From NCBI RefSeq assembly GCF_001194135.2, contig NC_068984.1:47617893-47681892 (forward strand): 64,000 bases of DNA, read 5' to 3'. The position numbers and the translations under genes are program-made. Source of the DNA: Octopus bimaculoides (Eukaryota). The notes below the pieces were generated by a model. That model had not been told where the DNA came from. It did no database searches and saw only the letters and a list, made by a program, of their open reading frames with translations. Positions 25,835-39,812 of the stretch are shown here, piece after piece; position 1 is the stretch's first letter; the number at the start of each line of letters is the position of its first letter.

Positions 25835-26095
25835 AAAGGGTGAAGACACCCTTCGGTTAAGAATAGCCATGGGACTGCACCTACAAGGTTACTCTTCGAG
25901 AAACAAGTCAGAACAAGGTTGTTTATGGAAGACCAGCAGTCGCCCATGCATAGCAGCCTCATCTCACCAACCTACCGATGTTATTCAAGGAAAAGTGAAA
26001 GGCCGGTACGTCACAATTTCTACAGATGAGTGGAGTGGAGCAACGTGAAAGAAAGTGTCTTGCTCAAGAACACAACATACGGTCCGGTCCGGGTA
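25835..26095 (-). mobile_element. SINE family D, decayed
   Basis: Homologous to 10151-10455 (gaagaccagcagtcgcccatgca, ggagcaacgtgaaa..gtcttgctcaagaacacaac). Confidence 0.7.
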
Positions 26096-26514
26096 TAATA
26101 TATAACAATGTGTGTGTGAACATACATGTAAAATAATACATATAAAATATATAAAACAAAGTTATCAGTGTAAATATGTCCGAGACATATTCGAACACGC
26201 AAGGAGGCCAGTCACTACATTTTGTCATGGAGAAATGTTCTCGTTGTGGACTTAGCGGTGTAAACAAACCAAGTCAGTTCAAAGCGCCCTCTATCCAGAT
26301 CAATAAGTTTGAAGCAAATTTGAGAATATCTGACCTGGTGTGTTAACGCCCTTGTGTCTAGAGCATGAATATTTCTCCATGACAAAACGCAGTGCATGGC
26401 CTCCCTACGGGTTCCAATATGTCTTAACCATATTTGAACTGGTAACAAGTTTATATTTCATATCACAACGCTTTTTATCCGTATACATAACATAGTAATA
26501 TGTATAGATACCTT

Positions 26515-26729
26515 TTATCTGTTTCAGTCACTGGACGATGGCCATGCTGGGGCACCACCTTGAACAGTTTTTGCTGAACAAGTCGATCCCAGTACTTATT
26601 TCTTTTCAAGCCTGGTGCCTATTCTATCGGTTTCTTTTGCCAAACTTCTAAGTTACAGTAACGTAAACAAACCAACACCGGTTGTGAAGCAGTGATGGGG
26701 GGCAAACATACGCGCGCGCACCACCACCA

Positions 26730-26762
<33 letters not shown>

Positions 26763-26885
26763 ACGGGCTTTTTTTCAGTTTCTGCCTACATATCCACTCA
26801 TAAGACTTTGGTCGGTCCAAAGTGTCATGCACTGACACTGAGCCCAGAAGTATGTGATTAGGAAGCAAGTTTCTTACCACACACG
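26515..26885 (-). mobile_element. SINE family C, decayed
   Basis: Homology to 16470-16870. Confidence 0.8.
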
Positions 26886-26924
26886 ATATGTAACATATAC
26901 TACAATATATCATCATAAGATATA

Positions 26925-26972
<48 letters not shown>

Positions 26973-28637
26973 TAGTATATACCATTACATATAGCATACG
27001 TAATTATAAAAACTATAAAATATACAACACATAAACATGATGCTGGTGTTTTTGAGGGGAGTCATAATATCTCTTCACATCTCAAATCCCACCTGGGTCG
27101 ACATTGCCTTTCATCCCTCCAGGGGTTGGCAATCAACTTATCAGCTGTACCATCTCTAAAAGACATCCCACAAAAGCTTCAGGGTTGTTGTAGTAGTAGA
27201 ACTGACTGAAGCTAATTGTGCTGGTGATAGTAATGGTGTGTTGGTTTGTTTGTTTATGAAGAGATGGAGGTGGGTAATGCCATAAAGCTGATATCAGGGA
27301 TTGGTGGCTGTAGTTAATAGGAGTCAGGGTAGAAACGATGTGGTGGTGGTGGTGGTGGTGGGTGAGGACGGTGCTCCGATGTTCAAGGCCTGAAAGAGGT
27401 AGCAGTAGAGGTTGTAGTGGTGCTGGTACACTGATATATGGTGTATATATTGATATATGGTAATGGGTGAAAGGGTATTGTTAGTTATAGTGTCAGTCAC
27501 TATTTAGTCAATAACGTGTAGATTCTGATCAAGCAGACCTATGATCAAGGACACTCCAGCCATGACTACCGTATCATTGGTGGCAGGGGAAGATGTGGCA
27601 TCATATAATCTAATGTGGTCCTTATTAATGTTGGCAGTGCATTTTGAAGTAATGTAAATCCTGAATAAGCCTATATTAAGGGTCATTTCAACGATGACCA
27701 CCCTATCATTTGAGGTGGGGATAAATGTAACATCACATTGCTGATTGTGGTCCTTATTTATGATGGGAGTGTGGTTTGAGAGAGATTTAACTGCTGTTTC
27801 TAGCAGGTCATTTGGAGATGACAGTTATGGCAATAGCATTGGTGTAACAACCAAGGCAGTGGCAGACCTGTTAGTAGATGTCATGGCCGTAAAATGGCAA
27901 AAGAAATTGTAGATATAGTGGTAGTGGTGGTGGTGGTGCATAGCAGAAATATGATGGTGATGATATCTGATGTATAGGTCTTAAGATAAAAGAAAAAATA
28001 TGACCGATAGTGGCATACCTCTCATCTGATTAGATCATGTAACAAATGCATACAGGGCTTAATGGTAGACTCAAGGGAATGCCAATCCCAATAATTTTAC
28101 ATTGTTAATCCAAGACTGTGTGTGTAATATGTAGATGTGCGTAGGTTTGTATATTTCAATAAAACGTCAGTTTTTGTATGTTAACAATATGTAGATTTGT
28201 ATGTGCGTGTAATATGTAGGTTCATATATGTATGTTATAGATATATCTATAAGCATGTGTCATATGCCCATGCATGTGCAGTGTGTATATAATGCATAAT
28301 TTTGCCTGCTGTATGTGTATATAATTTTTATGGGTGGAATACTTAAACTGTAAACCCAGTTCAACACCACTACTTAGTCCATGAGTACCATTAGTGGAGT
28401 TTACTCTGTTGCAAGCAATTCGGTTCAGATATCTGGTTTAGAACTTCCTTCTTTCAATCAACTGCAAAGGCCCTGGAAATATAAGGGCCATGGGCATTTC
28501 ACTTTCTTCACTGACTCGGTTAAAAGAAAATGGGGGTTGCCAGAATAATATGCCTAATATTCAGGTAGGTGTACATCAGTGGCTGTGTGAGTGTTATGTT
28601 TTCCTGAGTCTTTTACCTTTTGTATGGTATACATGAT

Positions 28638-29025
28638 GTGGAGGTGCAATGGCCCAGTGGTTAGGGCAGCGGACTCGTGGTCATGGGATCGCAGTTTCGA
28701 TCCCCAGTTGTGAGTGTTTATTGAGCTAAAACACCTAAAGCACCACGAGGCTCCGGCAGGGGATGGTGGTGAACCCTGCTGTACTCTTTCACCACAACTT
28801 TCTCTCACTCTTACTTCCTGTTTCTGTTGTGCCTGTAATTCAAAGGGTCAGCCTTGTCACATTGTGTCACGCGGAATATCCCCGAGAACTACGTTAAGGG
28901 TACACGTGTCTGTGGAGTGTTCAGCCACTTGCACGTTAATTTCACGAGCAGGCTGTTCCATTGATTGGATGAACTGGAACCCTCGACGTCGTAAGCGACG
29001 GAGTGCCAACAACAACAACAACAAC
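28638..29025 (+). mobile_element. SINE family A, near full length
   Basis: TSD ggtatacatgat at 28626-28637 and 29026-29037; (caa)n tail. Confidence 0.95.
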
Positions 29026-29427
29026 GGTATACATGATCCTCTGTAAGTGCATGCATGTTTATGTGTGTATACACACAGACACACAGAGATAAGAAGTATT
29101 TTTCAAAAACATTATGAAAAATTAGAAAAATTAACATCAAATCTTAAATGCCTTTGCTAATTTTAAAAATCAATTTGCCATTATTACTCAAAGATATTAA
29201 TTAATTAGATAACAGCTATTTGAAGTTGGCTTGTTATAAAAGATGCCTAGTAATGATATGAACAAAAACCTGGCAAAAACTGCAGCCCACGGGACTTTCT
29301 AAATGACACGCTTAATGAAAAATTACCTTAAATATATTAGTAGCATGGCCTGCTTGTCGAAGTACCATGCCTCTCATGCAAACCACTTCATAATAAAGGC
29401 TGCCTATTCCTGAACAAAAAAAACATA

Positions 29428-29657
29428 CTCTTTTTTTACTCTTTTACTTGTTTCAGTCATTTTACTGCAGCCATGCTGGAGCACCGCCTTTAGTCGAGCA
29501 AATCGACACCAGGGCTTATTCTTTGTAAACCCAGTACTTATTCTATCGGTCATATTTTGCCGAACCGCTAAGTTATGGATATGTAAACACACCAGCATCA
29601 GTTGTCAAGCGATGGAGGGGGGGGGACAAACACAGACACACAAACACATACATATAC

Positions 29658-29689
<32 letters not shown>

Positions 29690-29795
29690 GACGGGCTTCT
29701 TTCAGTTTCTGTCAACCAAATCCACTCACAAGGCTTTAGTCGGCCCGAGGCTGTAGTAGAAGACACTTGCCCAAGGTGCCACATGGTGAAAAAAC
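29428..29795 (-). mobile_element. SINE family C
   Basis: Homology to 16470-16870. Confidence 0.85.
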
Positions 29796-29899
29796 CATAA
29801 TGATGCAAGTCATGAAGTTATAGTGTGGTATATAATATTGTACACTAAGACACAATGACTGACTAAAAGGAAAGTCAAGAAAAAAAATTGAAACCTTGT

Positions 29900-30321
29900 G
29901 GTATGAACAGAAGTTGAGATATCAGAGAAAAATAAAGATAAAGATGAAGGAGCCAGCTAAGAAAGAGAGGGAGGGGGGGAGCAAAGGAGAGCAGGAAAGA
30001 ATAAAAAATAAATGTAAAGAAGGGAAGAATAGAAAGAAAGAGAGAGAGAGAGAGAGAATGAAGACAAGGAAAACAATGAGAAAACAAAGCAATAGAGAGA
30101 TGGAAAACAAAAGAAGCAAAAAGAATGTTTGAGTGTGAATTAAAGTGTACATGAATGTGCAATTTAGAGTGAGTGCATGTCTGAGTTGGAGTGCATGTGG
30201 AAACTAAATTATGTGTATAATTGGTTTAAATTGTGTAGGAGTGTGATGTACATGATAAATACACACACAAATATACATCACATAATATATATATATATAT
30301 AAATATATATATATACATATA

Positions 30322-30353
<32 letters not shown>

Positions 30354-32240
30354 CTCTTTACTCTCTTTTATATATATATATATATATATGCATTTATGTA
30401 TGTATATGCATGCATGTATGTGCATACTTTATGTTGTGTGTAGTGTGTGTGTGTGTGTGTGTCTGCTACTTAAATGAATATCATCCTTGCTAGCTCATAG
30501 GTCTGTTGAAGGATGTTAGAATAAAGGTGGTGCTGGGAGTATTAAACAGATTGAGTGTATGTAAATGAGAGTATGTGTGTGCATGAGTGTGTGTGTGCAT
30601 GAGAGTGTGTGTGATTATGTATGTGTGTGCATATAAAAGCAAAAAAAAAAAAGCAAAGAAAAACAAAACAAAGAAAACAAACAAGGCGTTTTGTTTAAAA
30701 GATCAGCATCAAACAGAATAAGCAACAGTGATCATAAACTGTGGAGAAAGGTGAATGTATGGTGTGTGTATATGAAAGGGGTAGTTGGTTTTGTTGGTTT
30801 ACAAATCTTTCCAACTAACTCAATCAGCAACTCAATATGTATTACACACACACCATGTACATATAAGCTGTGTGTAAATTTCTCAATACATATCACAAAC
30901 ATCCCCCTACATATGGACTATTTAAATACATATGTACATGTTTATAAAATGTGTATGTACATAAATGTATACACATTTGTATGTCTATATATATATATAT
31001 ACACACACATATGCACACACAATATATATAGACATGCACATGTGGTAAAAGCATTAAGCTGAAAACAATTGACTGGCAGAGCATGTCGACAGTTGTTGAA
31101 ATCATCTGGGTATGATGGGGGAAGTGAGGGTATGGAGGGGGGTACAGGTGTAGTAAAAGGTAACAGGAAGAGGGTGAGGTGGAAAACAAAACAGTAGTGT
31201 ACGTCGGAGTCATTGAAGATAAAGTGGGGGGAAAAGTTGAGTAATATAGTGGTTTAGGTGGAAAAAGAGTGGGTCTGTGATTTAGAGAATGCACACAAAA
31301 TGGAGTGGGAAGTGGAGCCCTAGTGGACTGGAGTGTTTTGGATCCTTAGAGGGTGGATCAGTGTTGAGCCTTCAGTAGATTGAGTTGATGGGTCTGGATG
31401 GATCAAAGTATTGAATTCTGGGTAGACCAAGGTAGTGGGGTTTGAATGGATTAAATTGTTGAAGTCTTGGAGGACTGAGGCATTGAGTTAAGATAGATCA
31501 TAGCTTTGAAGACTGATTAAATCAAGGCATGTCAGAGTGTTGGGCTCAGGGTGTTGAGGTTGGATGGATCAGATCAGAATTTTGAGCCCCATGTCAAGGT
31601 ATTGAACAAGCCAAGAGGAAATGGCATCTTGAGCAAGCTGAACAAGATTGGGGTGATGAGCAAGCTCAGAAGGAAAAGTGGCTGAATCAATGAATTTGAA
31701 TGGATCAGGCTTGAATCAAGAAACAAAGCCAATTAGTGGATTTGAGTAGACATGAGAAGGAATGTGAGAATGAATTTTAAATATGGAGTCACTGTTGGGT
31801 GTTTTTTACTGAAAATGAAAGACACTAATCAATTAGAAGTCTTTAAGGCCATCACTATTGATAACAACTTATGTGTGACAAAATAAATTACTGGTACATG
31901 CAAATGGGCAAGCAAGTGAAAAAAAAATATGTATGAATCTGAAAATGAGAAGAAAGACCATGAGAGATGTTTTAGATATGAATTCATGGAAAAAAAAAAA
32001 ACAAATATTTCAATAATTTCCATAGCATGGTTATGATAAGTAAGTTAAAAGGAGATAAAGAAAATTAAAAGTGAGAGCTCAAAACTTCAAAAACTAGGCC
32101 ATTAACATAGGCCATTCCTTTACAGAATGTTTCTAATCACTGACAGAGAAAGAAAAATGATAGCAATGAAAGAAGATAATGAGGACATGAGAGAAAGAGT
32201 CATCAAGCGAAAACATGAAAGGCGGCAGAAAGAGTGAGTG

Positions 32241-32308
<68 letters not shown>

Positions 32309-33770
32309 AATGTGTGTGTGTATGTACAAATGTGTGTGTACGAAGTACATGCATGTATGCTTTTATAAATGTATACATGAGTATGAATATATAAGTCGGA
32401 GGCAAAAGGTAATTGATTTAAACCTATCATAGATGTGAAAATGTGTGTGTGTGTGTGTGTGTGTGAGCAAAGGAGAGAGTGCAGGTGTGAGCAAAGGAGA
32501 GAGTGCAGGTGTGATCAAAGTATGTGTGTATGTGTCAGAGAACAAATTGTGCATCTTGTGAGCATCATTGTGAGGATGCAAGCATAACTGACATAGTGAG
32601 TGTATGCACATGCATGTAAGTATGCATGCATGTGAATGTAAACGTGCACATGTCCATAAATGTATATGTGCATGGGTATACAACAGTGTTTATGCTTGTC
32701 TATGTGAATGAAGGATCCATGCACACGCAATGTGCTTGTATATGTGTGAGTGAGCCATGCTATTGGTGTGAATGTGCATGTGTGCACATTCGTGCGAGTG
32801 TGTGAGAGAGTAATGAATATTGTATATATGCACATTTATGAGCAAAGTGCAAGTGTGTAGGAGAGAAAAATGTGACTCCACACATGTGTAAGTGTGTGTG
32901 GATGCATGTGATATTTACATACATATCCATATTTATCGACACACTTTACTTATTTATTTATCTCTCTGTTTTGTTCCATGCAAGAATTGGAACTTAGCAA
33001 CATAACAACACTTTGAAGTTGACCAGTTCTAAAAGCTATCCAGTAATGGTATGAACTGAAACATGGGCATATCACAGAAATGCATACCATGAAGATAATG
33101 TGGAATATCAGTTTGTACACTAACAAAGACATAACAGCAGACCAAGCAGTTTGTCAAGAAAGTCCTAAAGCCTGTAGTATAGGCAATAATTGAGATATCA
33201 GAGAGAAACATGTAGCAAAAGGTGAAGAAAGAGCAAAGATGAGAGTGCAAAAGAAGGACAGTGGAAATGGTAAAAGTGAAAGAAGTAGAAAATATGTCAT
33301 AAGAATGAAAAAGATGAAGAGAGAGTGATAAGATTGTTATGACAAGAAAAGAAAGAAAAGAAGTGGAGGGCAAAAAAATGTAGAGGATTTAAAAAATATG
33401 AAGAGAATATGTAAAAAAAAAAGATTAAAAAGACAAAAGAAAAACAGAAATCAAAGAGACTGAACAGAAGTGAAATGTAATAAAAAAAATGTGAAGTAAA
33501 ACATACAATAAAAAAAAAAAAAGAAAATTGAAGACGAAGACTGAAAGCCAAACAAACATCAGGAAGAAATTGGAACAAGGAAGAAATGACAAAAAATGTG
33601 TCAGAAGAAATGGTAATGAAGGAAGCAAAAAATAAAATAAAAAGAAAAAAAACAATTTCAAATGTGCTTAAGTAACATGTATTACATGTGTGTGTGTGTG
33701 TGTGTGCGTGCGCGCGCGCGCGTGTGTGTGTAGGTGCCGGATGTATTTGTATGTACTGCATGTATGAGCA
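29900..33770. repeat. Low-complexity block: purine-rich tracts and (TA)n/(TG)n/(GA)n microsatellites
   Basis: Directly visible simple repeats; overlapping ORFs are low-complexity artefacts. Confidence 0.85.
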
Positions 33771-33954
33771 ACATATGTAAGTGGATAACGGATCAGAAAT
33801 AGAAAATGGAATTTACAAGTTTATTTATTGAAACCCACTACAACTGTTTCAACTCCTCCCACACCTGTACCTTACAGCTGAGATGCTGTACAATCAATTG
33901 TCTTGCATCACAGGTGCAGATTACGTCATCTCAGGTGACTTTTTAAACAAGTAC

Positions 33955-33987
33955 CTTGCTTTTTTCTCCTCGCCATTTCACTTAGCT
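33955..33987 (-). CDS. Candidate 33-nt exon containing ATG (MARRKKQ, phase 1)
   Basis: ttgttacag|agctaagtgaaATGGCGAGGAGAAAAAAGCAAG|gtac; good Kozak context; donor only moderate. Confidence 0.3.
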
Positions 33988-34271
33988 CTGTAACAATATA
34001 TATCTCGGTCGCTGTGTATTTTAGCAAATCTCATAAGAAACTGAATATAATTTAAGTGGATGATGTATATTTGAAGAATGTGCATTGTATATAAGACTGA
34101 TGTATATGTGCGAGTAACATGCAATATGTACATGGTTAACATGTGCATGTGTCCATGCATGTGGGAACAATATTACGTTGTTCATGTATATTTAGGAAAC
34201 TGATTATAGAATTGAATAACGTGTGTATGTAAATGTGAGCAGAATGTAATGTGTGTTGCTGATGTATGTAT

Positions 34272-34780
34272 AGGCACAGGCATGTCTGTCTCATAAGAGA
34301 CTTGCTTCCCAACCTCATGGTTCCAGGTTCAGTTCTACAGTGTGACACCTTGGGCAAGTATCTTCAACTCTTTAACTATAGACTTGGGCTGACCAAAGCT
34401 TTGAATTGATTTGATAGACAGAAACTGAAAGAAGTCCATCATGTATACAAATGTCGACTGAAGCTTTGTGATTGAATTTGGTAGGCGGTAGTTACTGCCG
34501 TGTGTGTATATGTCTGTGTTTGTGCTTGTGCCTTTCTCCCAGAGAGTGAGATATATATATATATATATATCTATGTGTGTCTGTCTTTATGTTTAGTCTC
34601 CCACAACAGGTTGTTAACCAATGTTGGTGCATTTACATCCTTAAAACTTAACAGTTCAGGAAAAGGACCAGGCTTTAAAAGAAAAATAAGTACTGGGGTT
34701 AATTCATCCAACTGAAAATTTAAGGTGGTGCCCCTGTATGGCTGCAGTCTAATGACTGAAACAAGTAAAAGATAAAAGAT
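34272..34780 (+). mobile_element. SINE family C, decayed
   Basis: gacaccttgggcaagtatcttc...gactgaaacaagtaaaagataaaag. Confidence 0.8.
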
Positions 34781-36324
34781 GAATTATGAATTATGTATGT
34801 AGTTGATATCTCTATGTGAACACAGGCAATGTACAAGCAGCATATATTTATACATACTTCTGAATGTTGGTATGTAGACATAGGTCCTACATGTCAGAAA
34901 TATTTTATACATGCTACTACTGTAAAGTCAAAGTGTGATCACTATGTTCTTTGGGTGAGCGATATGAAATACATATGTTAGACCTGTATGACTGTAGATT
35001 TCTTTTGATGGGCACAGAGTGAATTTTGGGAGAAATAAAGTTGATTGAACTAACCACGTTTTATTAATTATTGTTTTGTTACCCCACCCCCATAAGAAGC
35101 ATGAAACACAAAGAGAGATATAGAGAAGAGAGAGAATATATGTTTGTGCATGTGCATACACATGTGTTTTTATTCATTTACAGAACTACAGCTTTCAAAC
35201 ATTTAATCCAAAATTTCCTAACTGGAGGTCCTGAAATCCTAAGGTTCCATAAAAGTCACTAGAGGTTCTGAAAAAATATTTATGAATAGGCTCATTACAT
35301 GCAAATTTTTGAGTCATGTTTGTATTTAGTCCCATGTTCTTAATTTTATTATACATGCACAGCATATTCGACACACTGGCATTTGTAATAGCAAGGATCC
35401 CCAATGGGAAAAATTAACTCTAAATAGGGGAATTTGATTTAAATAAGCTCTAAGTTAAATGAAATTTCTTAAAACTTCCTCAGATTTAGCACTTTTTTAT
35501 GATTTATTTTTATGATTTATTTTATCTCGTATGAAATTTAACATTATGAAATAGAAAGGAAAAAAACAATTAAGATACTGTAATTTTTATGCGGTGGCTT
35601 GCTCAAGCCATCTAAAGTTTTTCAAGAGTTCCAAAAGAGTGAAAAAATTACAAAATACTGCTATAATTAAGCTTAACAAAAAATATTTCTTTGATTCTAG
35701 GACTTCATTTATTTGTTAAACTCCTATGTAATGGGACAATAATAATCATTTTTTAGACTACAAATATAAATATGTATATATACAACTGTGCATATAGTTA
35801 CAATACCATTGTGTGGCACTTTGAGCAAGTGTCTTCCACTATAGCCCTGGTTGATCAATGCTTTGTGACTGGATTTGGTAAAGAAACTGAAAGAAGCCTG
35901 TTGTGTATGTACAAAATATATGCGTACAAATGTGTGTTACTGTCTCCCTGTCATGACACTGCATAATAGTTGTGAAAGAATGTCTCTGTCATGAAAGCAG
36001 TGTCCTTCCTTCCCAGTCTTCTGTAGAAACATGTCAGCTATTGGGAAAAATATTACATTACTCAGAAACATGTCACAGTCGGCAACAGGGAAAGATATCA
36101 AGCAGTAGATAATACACTGCAACAAAATTTTGTCTGACCTATGTGAGCTTGGGAAAGTGGACATTAAAATGAAGATGATATATATGTTTTCCATATCTGC
36201 CATATCTAAAGAGTAAGTGGTATTACTGAAACCTTGACTGAAAGGATTGTTGCTGGAAGACCCTAAGTCTGACAACAGGATTTGACTCCTGGCTGTACCT
36301 CAGGAAAGAGTCAGAAGAGGTTGT

Positions 36325-36590
36325 CAGAGAGTTTCTATGATTCCACCAGCCCCAATTTCTGGCCTCCTAATGTCCTTGATTGCAATCCAATGGATTATTA
36401 TGTGTGGGGCACAGTTGGGAAAGACACCAACCAGTCTACCTGAAACACCAAGGCCAAACTGGTGGCCAAGATTAAGATGCTTTAAGATCTTCCAAGGGAC
36501 ACAGTGAGGCAGGCATGTGCCAAGTTCCAGAACTGACTTATAATCTAGTTGATATCTTGATCTTTTCAAAAACTTTTATTCTTGGATGAG
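36325..36590 (+). mobile_element. maT/DD37D-like Tc1/mariner transposase C-terminal fragment
   Basis: Reads SPNFWPPNVLDCNPMDYYVWGTVGKDTN...KAKLVAKIK, matching the WPPNSPDxNPLDYxVW motif. Confidence 0.8.
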
Positions 36591-36665
36591 ATATTGTTTT
36601 TCTCTTTTATGCAATCAGTCAAATTTAGTTCACCCCTCCCTCTCTCTTTCTCACATATATATATA

Positions 36666-36903
36666 TCATCATCATCATCATCATCGTTTAACGTCCGCTT
36701 TCCATGCTAGCATGGGTTGGACGATTTGACTGAGGACTGGTGAAACCGGATGGCAACACCAGGCTCCAGTCTAATTTGGCAGAGTTTCTACAGCTGGATG
36801 CCCTTCCTAACGCCAACCACTCAGAGAGTGTAGTGGGTGCTTTTACGTGTCACCCGAACGAAAACGGCCACGCTCGAAATGGTGTCTTTTATGTGCCACC
36901 TGC
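36666..36903 (-). mobile_element. SINE family E 3' part with RTE-like (gat)n tail
   Basis: catcatcatcgtttaacgtccgctttccatgctagcatggg...ggatgcccttcctaacgccaacc; same as 49176-49375 and 50590-51070. Confidence 0.85.
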
Positions 36904-39206
36904 NNNNNNNNNNNNNNNNNNNNNNNNNNNNNNNNNNNNNNNNNNNNNNNNNNNNNNNNNNNNNNNNNNNNNNNNNNNNNNNNNNNNNNNNNNNNNNNNN
37001 NNNNNNNNNNNNNNNNNNNNNNNNNNNNNNNNNNNNNNNNNNNNNNNNNNNNNNNNNNNNNNNNNNNNNNNNNNNNNNNNNNNNNNNNNNNNNNNNNNNN
37101 NNNNNNNNNNNNNNNNNNNNNNNNNNNNNNNNNNNNNNNNNNNNNNNNNNNNNNNNNNNNNNNNNNNNNNNNNNNNNNNNNNNNNNNNNNNNNNNNNNNN
37201 NNNNNNNNNNNNNNNNNNNNNNNNNNNNNNNNNNNNNNNNNNNNNNNNNNNNNNNNNNNNNNNNNNNNNNNNNNNNNNNNNNNNNNNNNNNNNNNNNNNN
37301 NNNNNNNNNNNNNNNNNNNNNNNNNNNNNNNNNNNNNNNNNNNNNNNNNNNNNNNNNNNNNNNNNNNNNNNNNNNNNNNNNNNNNNNNNNNNNNNNNNNN
37401 NNNNNNNNNNNNNNNNNNNNNNNNNNNNNNNNNNNNNNNNNNNNNNNNNNNNNNNNNNNNNNNNNNNNNNNNNNNNNNNNNNNNNNNNNNNNNNNNNNNN
37501 NNNNNNNNNNNNNNNNNNNNNNNNNNNNNNNNNNNNNNNNNNNNNNNNNNNNNNNNNNNNNNNNNNNNNNNNNNNNNNNNNNNNNNNNNNNNNNNNNNNN
37601 NNNNNNNNNNNNNNNNNNNNNNNNNNNNNNNNNNNNNNNNNNNNNNNNNNNNNNNNNNNNNNNNNNNNNNNNNNNNNNNNNNNNNNNNNNNNNNNNNNNN
37701 NNNNNNNNNNNNNNNNNNNNNNNNNNNNNNNNNNNNNNNNNNNNNNNNNNNNNNNNNNNNNNNNNNNNNNNNNNNNNNNNNNNNNNNNNNNNNNNNNNNN
37801 NNNNNNNNNNNNNNNNNNNNNNNNNNNNNNNNNNNNNNNNNNNNNNNGGGGGGGGGAGAGAGAGAGAGAGAGAGATAAGCACAGGCATAACTGTGGATTA
37901 TGAAGCTTGCTTCCCAACCATGTGGCCATGGCTTCAGTCTCATTGATTGACCTTTGATCAAGAGTCATCTACTACAGCTTGAGGTGAGCGAAAGCCTTTT
38001 GAATGCATCTGGTTAGAAGTAACAGAAAGAAGCTCATTGTGTGTGCTTATGTGTACTTTTCTCTTGTCAAGACTCATGTTGGGGTTGAAAATGAACATCA
38101 TCATCATCATACCAGTGAGATTATTCATTTCCAGTCTTCTGTGAAAACTAACCATGGCAGAAGATTACTTAGCTTGGAAACAGGTGAAGGTTGGTGACAG
38201 GAAAGATATTGAGATGCAGAAATCTGCTGCAACAAATTCCATCTGCAAGCATGGAAAATCAGAAGTCAAATGAAGATAATGATATATACATGAATGAATG
38301 CATATCAGTACAAGAAGAGAAAAATATTCCATCAAAGAAGTCTTTAAACAGTGTCAATTTAGCTCCAGATTGATGATCTTCAGTAAAGATAAATAGTTCC
38401 CATAAATAGAATGCCAATTCAGTACTTGTAACATTCCAAGATGATCTATCCTCACATCTGTCTGAACTAATGCAAATATGTAAAATTAAATGTACTACCC
38501 AAATAAACAACAATGCAACTGGAAATGAAATTGAATTCTTGATTTGAAAGCTGAGAGTCTAGTGATACATCTATTCAACCATTCACTTCTATAAACATGC
38601 ACATGCAGAGGCACATACACAGGCACTAGTGGCACAACATCATTATGTACATTAGATAATATGTCATAAAAACTGTAATTTTGTTTGTATAAATGTTGAA
38701 TATTTAACATTTTACCTACATTTGAAATTAAAATAAAACAAAACTGCATGAAATATCAAAATATTATCTTCTATCAAAATCTCTCATCTTTACTTTAAAC
38801 ATGATTATAAAAAATGCTGAAATCACAACTTTGCAGATAATAAAAATATATTGATGTGCTTGTGAGTAATTATATATATATATNNNNNNNNNNNNNNNNN
38901 NNNNNNNNNNNNNNNNNNNNNNNNNNNNNNNNNNNNNNNNNNNNNNNNNNNNNNNNNNNNNNNNNNNNNNNNNNNNNNNNNNNGGGAAGGAAAGAGAAAG
39001 AGATAGAGTAGCGTCGGAGGATATGAGTTACAAAAACTACTTACATTTGGAAGATGCTGCATTCAATCATGTAAAAACAAATAGTAAATGAGTATATGCA
39101 CATATACGTACAGGTATGTGCATACCGACATCCACCTGTATGTATAGGTGCATATCTGGGTACAGGACATTGCAAACAAACGTAGACGAGAACACACGAG
39201 CCACAT

Positions 39207-39812
39207 CAAGTGGGCGGTGAATAAATTGTCGTCTAAATATTGAAAAATGAAAATAACACTGACATCTCATTTCAACAGACATATTTGCCAAAATTACATA
39301 AAACGATCTTGAAGTAGTTAAGAGTAAATTTATTCAATAAAATCGCCATTAGCTTCAACCACAGCCTCCAGATGACTTCAGAATCTCCTGCAAATCTTCC
39401 AGATTGTCTCCTTCTTTAAGTTGGTGAATGCTCCCATAATCCTTGCCTTCAGTTCATCTTTGGTGTTACAAGGAGTTCTGTTGGTCACTCGCTCAACTGC
39501 GCTCCACACATAATAAACAAGGGGGTTGCAGTCTGGGGTGTTAGGTGACCAGATGTAAGAGGTGATGTGGTTACAGAAATTGTCTTACATCTATGACTGG
39601 GTTCTCCTGCTTGTGTGGCATGGTGCAGAGTCCTGTTGCCAAACATAGGGTCTTTCAGCAGCCACCCTCTTGACCCAGGGTAGCAGTACCTTCTCCGAGC
39701 TCTTGATGTAGGTCTCCGTGTTGAGTCTGAGGCCATATGGGAAAGTGAATGGAGGAATAATGTTGCCATCACAAGAGATCACTCCAAACACAATGATGTT
39801 GACTGGATGTTT
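39207..39812 (-). mobile_element. maT/DD37D-like transposon, 3' half
   Basis: Minus ORFs KHPVNIIVFGVISCDG...YVWQQDSAPCHTSRRTQS; homologous to 42551-43429. Confidence 0.85.

Noticed and set aside
36740-37968. Long ORFs of 340-390 aa, and similar ones at 43.4-44.5, 53.6-54.2 and 57.2-59.1 kb
   Set aside because: Almost entirely X residues from N gaps plus microsatellite translations.
38191-38513. Short ORFs on both strands
   Set aside because: Overlap a decayed SINE/RTE-type tail; no coherent exon structure.
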